Shown here one piece after another: positions 8,813-17,943 of a DNA stretch of 54,370 nucleotides. Made by a program: the position numbers and the translations under genes. Under the pieces are notes generated by a model that was given only the letters and a program-made list of their open reading frames with translations, was not told where the DNA came from and made no database searches. The stretch is from a virus (lineage: Duplodnaviria > Caudoviricetes). Positions within the stretch are counted from its first letter, which is position 1. The number at the start of each line of letters is the position of its first letter. The DNA lies in the IMG/VR virus record IMGVR_UViG_3300020421_000026, positions 1-54,370 of that record. The stretch is one strand, 5' to 3'.

Positions 8813-10059
8813 TATGCTGATCCGCCTCCACCAAAGCCTGCCGCCGCGGCTTGAGCCGCATTGTATTCATCTGCCATTGCCGCCGCTTCTTCATCTGTAA
8901 GTGGGCCTGCACCTTGAGGTCCAGTCTTATCTTGTTGTATGCTGGTATCTTTTTTAGCACCTTGTTCTTTAGGAACTTCTTTATTTCCAGTAGCACCTGG
9001 TGTACTGTTATTTGCAAAGTTACCTAACCATGAAGTTTGTTCGTTTCTATTTACTGCATCAACAAAATTTTCTGTTCTTGATTCAGACCAAGATGGACTT
9101 CTAGAGTTTGCTCTACTACCACCTGGTATGTCATCTGTGTTTGGATCACCATCTCTTAATCTGCTCCAGTGTCCTCTATTGAAGTCTGAAAATCTTTGTA
9201 GGTCATCTTCAGTAATAAATTCATTTATGATTGGTTGCATAGCAAAATTTTCATATGTTATATCCATAGTAATTAAGTTTGCTTCACTTGAACTGTGGTC
9301 AATGCCATCAATTTCAAAATTTGTAATCATTGGTCTGAACAAAGTGTACTTAATACACCTTTGTCCGTGATATTGAACTATGTCAATGCTGTCTATAAAG
9401 TTCCTAACAGCGGCAGGTTGTAATCTCAAACCCATAAAGTCGCTATCAAAACTATCATTGAACGAAGCAAAACCACTTCCATCTCCACTAGGTACTTCTC
9501 CTGGAACTATGTCATGCGGAGTTGCAACAGGCAACAAAGGATCACCTGCACTGGAACCTGGTTGAAATTTTCCTGATGGATTTAAAAACAAATGTTGGTA
9601 AGCCGCCATTAATACACTTACCCATATAGAATCAACTGTATCATATGCAACCATTTGTAATGGTTTAAATTCTGTATGAGTTACAGTTATTCTCTTTCTG
9701 TTGTATTGATTTTTTACGTCTGTTTGTATTTCAGCACTTGGAATACCAGATTGTCTAATTAAACTGCTTAACGTAAGTTGGTCTTGAAGACCTTGTTGTA
9801 CAGCAACTGGTAAGTCAACTTCCGGGTTGAAGTGGAAGTTGACATAACCATTAAATTTTTGACGTACTGGTGTATTTCCAGGCTTGAACCTTCTTGCATT
9901 TTGAAAGTCTCGCATGTAATGGTTCTTACCAAATTTGTCTTCACCATTAGTTCCATGTGAGTCTTCTACCCTTTGGCCATTGAACATATCAAAGCCGCCG
10001 GCTCGCATCAGAAAGTATCTACCATAACCTCTTATTTTTTCTTTACTTAAAAAAGCCAT
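8812..10059 (-). CDS. Tail-tube-like / baseplate tube initiator protein (gp54/gp48-like)
   Basis: Directly downstream of the tube gene, with tube-fold-like motifs (IPSAEIQTDVKNQYNRKR, PMITNF...DHS, ITMDITYE). Confidence 0.55.
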   Translation of the reverse strand: MAFLSKEKIRGYGRYFLMRAGGFDMFNGQRVEDSHGTNGEDKFGKNHYMRDFQNARRFKPGNTPVRQKFNGYVNFHFNPEVDLPVAVQQGLQDQLTLSSLIRQSGIPSAEIQTDVKNQYNRKRITVTHTEFKPLQMVAYDTVDSIWVSVLMAAYQHLFLNPSGKFQPGSSAGDPLLPVATPHDIVPGEVPSGDGSGFASFNDSFDSDFMGLRLQPAAVRNFIDSIDIVQYHGQRCIKYTLFRPMITNFEIDGIDHSSSEANLITMDITYENFAMQPIINEFITEDDLQRFSDFNRGHWSRLRDGDPNTDDIPGGSRANSRSPSWSESRTENFVDAVNRNEQTSWLGNFANNSTPGATGNKEVPKEQGAKKDTSIQQDKTGPQGAGPLTDEEAAAMADEYNAAQAAAAGFGGGGSA

Positions 10060-10097
10060 TAGTTATACTCTCTTAAATCGTTATAATCTTAAAAAGA

Positions 10098-10736
10098 TTA
10101 TGCAGATTCGTTGTCAGTTGCGCCAGGTACTATTGAACTATCAAATGGGTTACCTGCTTCAACATTAGAAACAATACCACTAGGTCCTTGACTGTGTATA
10201 GCATTGTCATATCTAATTGTTAGAGAAACAGTAACAGGTTCATTTGTAGCATAGTCTGAGTCACTGTAATCAACGTTAGTTAAGAAACATCCTTCTAAGT
10301 TCCAAACTTCCATTGCGTCTGCAGTACTACCATCTAACACTTCAATTTGCATGTTAAATTTGTAATCTTCACCAGCAATTGGAGAAGTTTGTTCAAAGTG
10401 GTTTAATTGTCTTTGGTTCTGAGCACCAACAAGTCTTGCAACACTATTAGAAATATCATCACGTAATACTACTGTGATTGGATCCCAAGCATGTTTACCT
10501 TGTACATATACTTTTGAATTGTAAGAATCAATTACGACCTCTTCATAATTAACTTTAGGACGAGTAACGTTCATAACATTTTGTGTGAACCTTCTAGTGG
10601 ATTGGTCTCCACCAAAGCCATCAAGCATACTAACCCTAAATCTGAATTTCAGTTTAGGCATTAAGATACCTTGTTCACCAGCGACTACTGGAACACCAAA
10701 TTTGTTCTTTGTTTTATCAACTGTTGGACTTGCCAT
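10098..10736 (-). CDS. Tail tube protein (gp19-like)
   Basis: Downstream of the sheath. Motifs KVYVQGKHAWDPITVVLRDD, EVWNLEGCFLTNVDYSDSDY, TVSLTIRYD. Confidence 0.88.
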   Translation of the reverse strand: MASPTVDKTKNKFGVPVVAGEQGILMPKLKFRFRVSMLDGFGGDQSTRRFTQNVMNVTRPKVNYEEVVIDSYNSKVYVQGKHAWDPITVVLRDDISNSVARLVGAQNQRQLNHFEQTSPIAGEDYKFNMQIEVLDGSTADAMEVWNLEGCFLTNVDYSDSDYATNEPVTVSLTIRYDNAIHSQGPSGIVSNVEAGNPFDSSIVPGATDNESA

Positions 10737-10796
10737 TTCATTATCTCCTAATACCCATAAACCCCTTGATATAGTTTATGGGTTTATCGTTACAGT

Positions 10797-10804
10797 TATT
10801 TATC
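10797..10804 (-). promoter_or_regulatory. Late-promoter motif for the tail tube gene
   Basis: GATAAATA downstream of the sheath terminator, followed by a hairpin and an AGGAG SD. Confidence 0.7.
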
Positions 10805-10847
10805 AATTATTGCCCAAAAATATTAACTACTGTTTTAATCAGGCAAT

Positions 10848-10876
10848 AAAAAAGGGGCCTATAAAGACCCCTTTTT
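10848..10876 (-). terminator. Rho-independent terminator after the tail sheath gene
   Basis: Minus strand GGGGTCT-TTAT-AGGCCCC followed by a T run, with A/T tracts on both sides. Confidence 0.8.
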
Positions 10877-10894
10877 ATGTTAAATCTAATTAAC

Positions 10895-13684
10895 TTATGC
10901 TGTTGAACCCAAAGTGTTTTGAATTCTAATCGGTATGTAAATAAACTCAACTGCTTTGACTGGCTGTATCGCTATGTCAATGTAAAGTTCATTTCTATCA
11001 ATTCGAGCCGCTGTATTGTTTGTTGCGTCACAAACAGTTACAAAGTCGAATAGACCTCTTTGAATAACTAACTGACTTAAGAATCCATCAACAACGGATT
11101 TTGCATTTGCTCTTGTCAACTCATCGTTTGGTTCAAACAAGAAAGGCTTAACTGCATCGTCAAGTTGCTCTCTTATGTAAACTAACAATCTAGCAACATT
11201 AACTCTATCTAATGCACTTGAATTTGGATTCAATGTTTTTTGTCCAAATACTGCAAGTCCTCTTCCTGGGAATTGGGCAATAGGGTTAATTTTGTTTGCG
11301 TACAATGTGTCTCTCTGACCTTCGTTTAATGTAACTGAGTTATATTCACCGTCGGTTGGATTAACAAATCCTACTGATGTTGCGTTTTGTACAAGACCTC
11401 TTTGGAATCCTGCTGGTGCAAACCAAGGGAAAGCCACTTGGTCGTTGAATGCGAATGTTCTTAAAGCAACATGACTTGGCGGAACAACTACGTTAGTTCC
11501 ATCTAAGTTTGTTGTTAAAGCACTTGGATAGTAAACACCAGCATATGGTGAACTTGAAACAAGTCCATCTTCACCGTTTTCACTAGCATTGTTGGCGTTT
11601 GTTGCCCAATTTTTAGTGCTTGTTGCATCTGCTTTAAGTCTAAATGGTGTATCAGCAATAACAAAGGCAGTATTTCTTCTGTCTGTGCTTAGTGATATCA
11701 TTTCATCTAGCATTTCAGGGAAACCAGGAGCGGCTATTAAGTTGAATGAATTAGTTTCTGCTCTAATGTCATCATTAGAAACAATAGCGGCTTGCATTTT
11801 GATTTTCACCAAATTGTGAACTGCTTTTCTTAATCCAAACATTTTACCGTTTACTTGGTTACCACTTGCATCAACCCAAACATTACCAATGTTTGTTGAA
11901 GCAGGAGTATAGTTAATCTTATACTCTTTGACGTTACCTGCTGAAGCACGTTTGTTCCATCCTAGCATACCTGCAGGGTAGGCTGTTTGTGCAGGAGCAT
12001 CAGCATCTAAACTTGAAGTTTTAGACTGTCTGAAGTCTCCATAAATGATACCTTCTGAAGTAACTTGGTCTGTGCCGTCAACTTTAACCCATGCAGTACC
12101 ACTCCACTTGTAAAGACAAGGGAAGTTTTCAGTATCATCTGAGTCTAACCAAATGTCACCTGCCACTAGAGCAGTTCCATCTGATTGTGTTGTTGGAGCA
12201 GAAGCGGCAACACTTAAATCTTTAGTTAATGTCTGCCATCCACTTGATGCGTCATTTTCTAAGATGTCTACGTTTGCTTTTGCTACTGTGGCGTTATACC
12301 AGTAAGTTCCTTCTGCAAGAGTACCTGTGATAGATGTTTTACTTGCTTCGTAACTTAAATCTGCAAAGTTAGAGTATGTTTTACCTGCTGTAACCGCCTG
12401 TGATCCAAATCCTACTGAACTTGGTCCAAAGTCTGCGTGGTTACTTTGTAATACTATGTCTCTACCATCGCTTGATGTTAATACGACATTGTTGTCAGTT
12501 CCTAGACTTGCTGTAACTTTTGTAATTGATGCACCCGCTAATGCTGAGTTAATATCAAATACGGCATCTTCCGCAGTTGATGTTGCAGGTGTACCTGAAA
12601 TAGTACCTGCTAAAGTTACTACAACTGTTGTTCCGCCATATACTATGTCAAAACTTGAGTTGCCTGAAACGTCTAAGTTACTAATGGCTGAACCAGTAGC
12701 AACTACTGTTGAATTACCATTGTGTCTTTTTAACACAACAGTTGCTTCTTCTGGATCTACATTGTCAAACAAAGAAACTAAGTTTCCAACACTTACGTTT
12801 GCAGTACCAATGGAGGCGTATGCCGCATCACTGTTTGCATAGAAAGGAGCACTTACTGTAGAAAATGCTTTTGTTGAAGAACTATAAAGTTTTGCTTTTA
12901 AGTCTGCACCTTGGTTAGGTGTACTTGTTTGAATGAATAAATCCCCAGCGGATAATGAACTAACACCATCGCTCTTAAGTGCTGGTACTGTTGTGTGGCT
13001 TGCCCATTGGAAGTCTCCGCTTGTAGCAGATGCCCAACTTGTGCTACCAACAAGGTACCAGTCGTCACTGAATTTTTCGTAATACTTAACATTTGCGGCT
13101 GTTCCACCTGCACTTGTGTTTGCTACAACGGCATAATCACCGTTCAAACCAAATGCTCTTTTAGGTCCGCCTGTTGAAGAATTGATATTGATTGCGTCTA
13201 CAACGGATACGTCTTTTTTAACCCAAGCAGTACCACTATATTCTCTTAGTCCGTAGACTGAATTCGCTGTGTCTAACCAGTAACTTCCGTCAGCAATAGC
13301 ACCAGTTGGTGCGGCTGAAGAAGCCTCTAGTTGACCTAAATCAATGTCTGCTCTCAGAACGTATGCTCTGTTTGCCAAACCTAAGAATGAGTGGGCCGCT
13401 AGTAAGCCGTATTCATTGAGATCATAACCATGCAACTGATTACTACCTGACTTGTAAAATAAAGGATTTCCAAATTGTTGTAGTAATTCACGTTGACTTG
13501 TAATTAGTTGTAATTTTCCTGCATTAGCCTTAGATGTAAATGCCGCAGTCCCTGAACCATCTGGACTACTCTTATCTTGAGCAGTTGCAATGATTATCAA
13601 TGGAACTGTACCAGCACCAGCCGCCGCGTAAAACGATTCGTCTGATACACTAATACTAACACCAGGTGATACTAATGTTGCCAT
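10895..13684 (-). CDS. Contractile tail sheath protein (gp18-like) with a large insertion
   Basis: N-terminal LVSPGVSI. C-terminal PWFAPAG..RG, LY.NKINPI, FGQKTL, LDRVNVARL, FEPND, NNT..RIDRNEL, PVKAVEFI. Confidence 0.96.
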   Translation of the reverse strand: MATLVSPGVSISVSDESFYAAAGAGTVPLIIIATAQDKSSPDGSGTAAFTSKANAGKLQLITSQRELLQQFGNPLFYKSGSNQLHGYDLNEYGLLAAHSFLGLANRAYVLRADIDLGQLEASSAAPTGAIADGSYWLDTANSVYGLREYSGTAWVKKDVSVVDAININSSTGGPKRAFGLNGDYAVVANTSAGGTAANVKYYEKFSDDWYLVGSTSWASATSGDFQWASHTTVPALKSDGVSSLSAGDLFIQTSTPNQGADLKAKLYSSSTKAFSTVSAPFYANSDAAYASIGTANVSVGNLVSLFDNVDPEEATVVLKRHNGNSTVVATGSAISNLDVSGNSSFDIVYGGTTVVVTLAGTISGTPATSTAEDAVFDINSALAGASITKVTASLGTDNNVVLTSSDGRDIVLQSNHADFGPSSVGFGSQAVTAGKTYSNFADLSYEASKTSITGTLAEGTYWYNATVAKANVDILENDASSGWQTLTKDLSVAASAPTTQSDGTALVAGDIWLDSDDTENFPCLYKWSGTAWVKVDGTDQVTSEGIIYGDFRQSKTSSLDADAPAQTAYPAGMLGWNKRASAGNVKEYKINYTPASTNIGNVWVDASGNQVNGKMFGLRKAVHNLVKIKMQAAIVSNDDIRAETNSFNLIAAPGFPEMLDEMISLSTDRRNTAFVIADTPFRLKADATSTKNWATNANNASENGEDGLVSSSPYAGVYYPSALTTNLDGTNVVVPPSHVALRTFAFNDQVAFPWFAPAGFQRGLVQNATSVGFVNPTDGEYNSVTLNEGQRDTLYANKINPIAQFPGRGLAVFGQKTLNPNSSALDRVNVARLLVYIREQLDDAVKPFLFEPNDELTRANAKSVVDGFLSQLVIQRGLFDFVTVCDATNNTAARIDRNELYIDIAIQPVKAVEFIYIPIRIQNTLGSTA

Positions 13685-13715
13685 AATTAATCTCCTTAAT
13701 GAATTATTATACGAA

Positions 13716-13723
13716 TATTTATC
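13716..13723 (-). promoter_or_regulatory. Late-promoter motif for the tail sheath gene
   Basis: GATAAATA followed by an AAGGAG SD. Confidence 0.7.
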
Positions 13724-13829
13724 TAAAATACTGGAAAATAGGTATTATACAAACCGGGGGTACAAAGGTTTTTTAACTTTTGGATAAATATAGAAATTTT
13801 TAATGTTTTAAAGGGATTTGGTATTATTT

Positions 13830-14531
13830 CTAATCGTTGTCGAATATATTTAGCACATTGTCTTTAACAGATGTTTTTTTGGTTTCTACCTGCTGTGCTT
13901 TAATGTCTAAGTACATATTGTTTACTTCTTGTTCTAAATCTTCTAAACTGCCTTTATTACTTATAACATAATCAAAATCATAGCCTACCCATTTCCATTC
14001 ACTGGCGTGAACTTTTGCAAAACGTGTTTCCATAGTGTGTTTTGCAGGCACACTACCTTTGTTGGCGTGTACGGCTGTTTCATACCACTCAGGGAGTTCA
14101 TCTCTTATAACATGTACAACAATGCCATTCAAAGATTTAATTAAATCTAATTCGTTTTTAAATCTACAATCACTTACAACAACCATTGTGTCTTGTTGTT
14201 CATTTTTTCTTATACGATATTCTAAACTGTCTAACCAAATATCTTGATTAAAATGGGTACGCATTATTTCTGTACCTAATAATTGTAATGCAAGTCTTGG
14301 AGTAAATTGGTCAATGCCTAGTTTTCTTGTCCAATACATGTCAGGTGTTTCTCTAAAGTCTCTACTTTCAATAGTATCACCTTGTAACATGTCTCTGGGC
14401 CAACCAAACACACTTGCACATAAGTCTTTTAAAGGAGCCGCAAAACTATCTTGAACTGCACCTTTTTCAACTAACATTTTGGCAACTGTGTCTTTGCCAC
14501 TTCCAATAAATCCTGTAATACCTACTATCAT
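13830..14531 (-). CDS. Deoxynucleoside monophosphate kinase (T4 gp1-like)
   Basis: MIVGITGFIGSGKDT P-loop, SFAAPLKD, TPR..LQ..GTE, VSDCRF.NE, HASE. Confidence 0.92.
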   Translation of the reverse strand: MIVGITGFIGSGKDTVAKMLVEKGAVQDSFAAPLKDLCASVFGWPRDMLQGDTIESRDFRETPDMYWTRKLGIDQFTPRLALQLLGTEIMRTHFNQDIWLDSLEYRIRKNEQQDTMVVVSDCRFKNELDLIKSLNGIVVHVIRDELPEWYETAVHANKGSVPAKHTMETRFAKVHASEWKWVGYDFDYVISNKGSLEDLEQEVNNMYLDIKAQQVETKKTSVKDNVLNIFDND

Positions 14532-14554
14532 ACTTTTATATATTCCTATTTTAT

Positions 14555-15415
14555 TTATTTAAAAAAATTTCCGGTATCTACCAGTTCTTCTATTTGTTTG
14601 AAAGTAAATTCTGTATTTGCATGTACTCTAAATGAAACTCTAGGTGTGCCATTTGTAAGTACTCTATGCCATTGGGCAAGGTTTACAATGTAAGCATTGT
14701 GCATACCCTTGTGTTCTACTATTGGTGTCAAATCATCATACCAACTTTCATCCGAAAGCCAATGTTGAGTTGCTTTCATGCACATTTTATTTTGTTCAAC
14801 AATCTTTTCCCAAAAAGGTTCATCAGGTCTTTCTGTAAAAAATTTATTGATTAATTCTTTCTCATTTTGTAACATACGTTCAGTAGGTCTGGCAAATTCT
14901 AATACACTACCGTCTATGTCTCCTAGCAATCTAAAATTTATTACAGCAGGTGCTCTCATATTTTTTATATACTCAACACCAAATTCTTTTGGTATTGTTT
15001 CTTCATTAGGTATCTCTATAGGGCCTTCTTTATGCCAACCAGAAGGATCTGAAAAACATAAAATAGTTACAGGAGGATGAGAATGCATTCCATCTTTCCA
15101 TATTTTTTGAAAAACATCTGGTCTAAACGTATCATTCATCCAAGTCCAAACGTCATGTTTCATTTTTGTATCTGTTATTACTGCTTCACCATTAAAAAGA
15201 TTTTCTCTTTGAACATATTTCCATGCATCTTTATTCTTATTATCCATATATGTTCCAGCCATCCAATTATTCCATCTTACTGTTTTTCCGTTTATAGTTA
15301 AATCTGAGGGAACAGGTATATTACCATTGAACAAATCGAATTCGTAGTCACTAAAAATATTTTCAGCAGTAAACGGAAAGTCTATATCAGGAATATCACA
15401 ATAACATTCTAACAT
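14555..15415 (-). CDS. DSBH (2OG-Fe(II)/cupin-like) oxygenase-like protein, paralog A
   Basis: WHKE ... INFRL ... VNLAQWHRV ... RVSFR pattern shared with neighbours. Confidence 0.55.
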   Translation of the reverse strand: MLECYCDIPDIDFPFTAENIFSDYEFDLFNGNIPVPSDLTINGKTVRWNNWMAGTYMDNKNKDAWKYVQRENLFNGEAVITDTKMKHDVWTWMNDTFRPDVFQKIWKDGMHSHPPVTILCFSDPSGWHKEGPIEIPNEETIPKEFGVEYIKNMRAPAVINFRLLGDIDGSVLEFARPTERMLQNEKELINKFFTERPDEPFWEKIVEQNKMCMKATQHWLSDESWYDDLTPIVEHKGMHNAYIVNLAQWHRVLTNGTPRVSFRVHANTEFTFKQIEELVDTGNFFK

Positions 15416-16311
15416 TTTAATAATATCCCTTGTTGCCTATAATCTTTCATTGTGTTCCAATCTAATTTCATACCACTATGCAGTCTAAAAGTAACTCTAG
15501 TAGATTGGTCTCCTACAAGTACTCTGTGTAAACTTCCAAAATCTAACATAAAAGGAGACTTAAATCCTTTTTTAGTCTCTTGTACATTCATATGATTGTG
15601 CCATGGTTTTGTATCTAGTATTTGATCCACTGGTCCATAGGATTGAATTGTTGGCGACTCTTCGTTATCTCTAGCAAAAGTATAAAATCCTTCTTTTGCC
15701 TCCATCCACTTTTTAAAAAATTTTTCTCTAGTATCAATTATTGTTTGACTAAATTCATCTGACATTTCTGCAAATTCTATAGAACTGTTTTCTTCATCGC
15801 CTATTAATCTAAAATTGCAAACTGACGTAGAAACTCTCCACCATGGTCCCCACCATTTAGATAGATTGGATCTATTTTCTCTAATATGTTTTAATCTAAT
15901 AGGATCTGTTTCGCCGGGCTCCATGTGCCAAGGAGAATTGTTATTCCATACTAATATTGATACAGGTGCAATATTTGGAAAAGAACCACCCTTAAATAAA
16001 TCGCCAATCCAGTCTTCATGATATGTATCATTTACCCATTCCCAAAATATTCGTGAGAGTTTATTAGGTCTATTTCTGAGAATTCCTGTTGAACCTTTAG
16101 CAACTTTGACAATCTCGTCACCGTTTTCATTGACATGTCTTTTTACATTCCTAATCCATATAATATTTTCTGTTTGTATCGTATTTTCACTAATTGTTGT
16201 ATTAGTGTAATTATTTCCATATATCTCATCATAATCTTCATCTGTAAATAATTCATCTACTGTAAATGGTAAAGAGAGTTCTTCATTTGTGAATTCTAAA
16301 TAGTTGTTCAT
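15409..16311 (-). CDS. DSBH oxygenase-like protein, paralog B
   Basis: WHME ... CNFRL ... PFMLDFGSLHRV ... RVTFR. Confidence 0.55.
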   Translation of the reverse strand: MNNYLEFTNEELSLPFTVDELFTDEDYDEIYGNNYTNTTISENTIQTENIIWIRNVKRHVNENGDEIVKVAKGSTGILRNRPNKLSRIFWEWVNDTYHEDWIGDLFKGGSFPNIAPVSILVWNNNSPWHMEPGETDPIRLKHIRENRSNLSKWWGPWWRVSTSVCNFRLIGDEENSSIEFAEMSDEFSQTIIDTREKFFKKWMEAKEGFYTFARDNEESPTIQSYGPVDQILDTKPWHNHMNVQETKKGFKSPFMLDFGSLHRVLVGDQSTRVTFRLHSGMKLDWNTMKDYRQQGILLKC

Positions 16312-17189
16312 TTTAAAAGTTCTCCTTCTTCATGCATTTTTCTAAATGTACTAAAAGGAGTATCTTGTTTTGATTGGAAAACTAAACTTAATCTTATCTC
16401 ACCAGGGTTGTCTAAATACACTCTGTGCCAACTTGCTACATTTACTAAAAAAGGACTGTCGTATCCTTCTTTACAATTTATTTCTGTTAGATTGCTTTCC
16501 ATTTTACTACCAGGTTTTATTGCATCTCTGTTTGCAAAAGACTTAAAACTTTTGGTTTCATCTTCAGCATACTCTACTTGAGATACAAAAGGAGCATTAT
16601 TAAATTTATTATCTAACTCATTATATACGTTTCTTAATGAATTGTCAAATGTTTTATCATGATTTGCAAATTTTATTCTTGTGCCTGTTGTTGGGCCTAC
16701 TAAGTTAAAATTTAATCTTGTGCTGGATCTAAATCGTTGAAAATGTTTTGGGTTTGCAAAAGAATGCATTCCTTCGTGATGCCAATGCCCTGTGTCTGGA
16801 TAATGTAAAATTAAACTTGCTGGAAATATCTGTTCTCCAACATTAAATCCGGGCCACTTTTGATGTGTCCACATGTTATCTAAAAATTGTTTGGGATTTT
16901 TAAATGTATCATTTATAAAACTGTAAAGTCTTCTTGCAATCTTTTTATCCGTAATCATTGCCATTGCGGCTGTCCAATGTAACTTGTCTGTTTTTATCCA
17001 GGACTCTTGTCTTGCTTGTGCTTGTTGTATGAGTGCTAAATCGCCACGCATAATACGACGGTCATCTTCACATAATAACTCGTCAGCACTTATGGGACAT
17101 TCTAGTTGGGGTAGGTTGATAAATGTGTCTTTATCCGATAACAAATCCGAGTGGTGCATTTCCTTCTTCCATATTGTGTAATGATGCAA
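16308..17189 (-). CDS. DSBH oxygenase-like protein, paralog C (start uncertain; overlaps the neck gene 3' end)
   Basis: WHHEG ... LNFNL ... PFLVNVASWHRV ... RLSL. Confidence 0.55.
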   Translation of the reverse strand: MHHYTIWKKEMHHSDLLSDKDTFINLPQLECPISADELLCEDDRRIMRGDLALIQQAQARQESWIKTDKLHWTAAMAMITDKKIARRLYSFINDTFKNPKQFLDNMWTHQKWPGFNVGEQIFPASLILHYPDTGHWHHEGMHSFANPKHFQRFRSSTRLNFNLVGPTTGTRIKFANHDKTFDNSLRNVYNELDNKFNNAPFVSQVEYAEDETKSFKSFANRDAIKPGSKMESNLTEINCKEGYDSPFLVNVASWHRVYLDNPGEIRLSLVFQSKQDTPFSTFRKMHEEGELLK

Positions 17190-17898
17190 TCAATTGTTCC
17201 ATTTCAGTTAATGCTTCACTTTTTAGAGCATCACCATTCAATGTTGTAGCACCGCCAGGTCCAGGAAGTCCACCAGGGAATTTGCTTCTTGCCTCACCTA
17301 ACATCATTTTACTTTGTGCTAAGGCATAGGCACTTAGCCACTCTGCGGCATAAACGTCTTTGATTAACACACTTTCTGGAATAAAGTTATTGACTCCTAC
17401 TGCAATATCTTCTTCGTGATTTACATTTCTTAGAATTGTTAATTCTTTTGTATTCCTGTTAAAGGTAAAGTTGTATTCGCTACCAAACACACGACCAATA
17501 GTTTCTTTGTATTGTGCAAATGCATCAAATACTGCTAGTCCACCTATTTGTCCTGCTTGTAACATATACATATTGTTGAATGCAACATCAAATGGATCAA
17601 AGTTAGTACCGCCACCACTATTGGTACCAATACCACGTCTATATAATCTTTTAACGTCTATAACTTCTTGAGGTAATGTATATTTTGTAACACCTGCTTG
17701 AGTTTGAACGAATATAACTGCTTCTTCTACACTTCCTGTACTTAATTGTCTGTACTTTTGTATAGATTTATTAATTGCTACATCGTAATGGTCCCTGTCT
17801 AATTCAACATCTACCATACCATCAGCAAGACGTAATTGAATTTCTTCAATTATTTCGTTTCTACTGTTATATCCTATTTGGTCTATTCTTGTTGCCAT
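17131..17898 (-). CDS. Neck protein (gp13-like)
   Basis: LRLADGMVDVELDRDHYDVAI and the C-terminal ALAQSK..LGEARSKF...LPGPGG..TLNG. Start reassigned to ATG 17898, 5 nt after GATAAATA. Confidence 0.85.
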   Translation of the reverse strand: MATRIDQIGYNSRNEIIEEIQLRLADGMVDVELDRDHYDVAINKSIQKYRQLSTGSVEEAVIFVQTQAGVTKYTLPQEVIDVKRLYRRGIGTNSGGGTNFDPFDVAFNNMYMLQAGQIGGLAVFDAFAQYKETIGRVFGSEYNFTFNRNTKELTILRNVNHEEDIAVGVNNFIPESVLIKDVYAAEWLSAYALAQSKMMLGEARSKFPGGLPGPGGATTLNGDALKSEALTEMEQLIASLHNMEEGNAPLGFVIG

Positions 17899-17903
17899 AC
17901 TAC

Positions 17904-17938
17904 TATTTATCACTTTTTGGTATTATACCAGATAAATA
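17904..17938. promoter_or_regulatory. Divergent late-promoter pair
   Basis: GATAAATA on minus (17904-17911) and on plus (17931-17938), each 5 nt from an ATG. Confidence 0.72.
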
Positions 17939-17943
17939 TATGC

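Noticed and set aside
17836-17943. N-terminal extensions in the ORF track for 17836-19026 and 17131-17913
   Set aside because: They overlap each other and the promoter pair. ATGs at 17944 and 17898 fit the recurring motif spacing.
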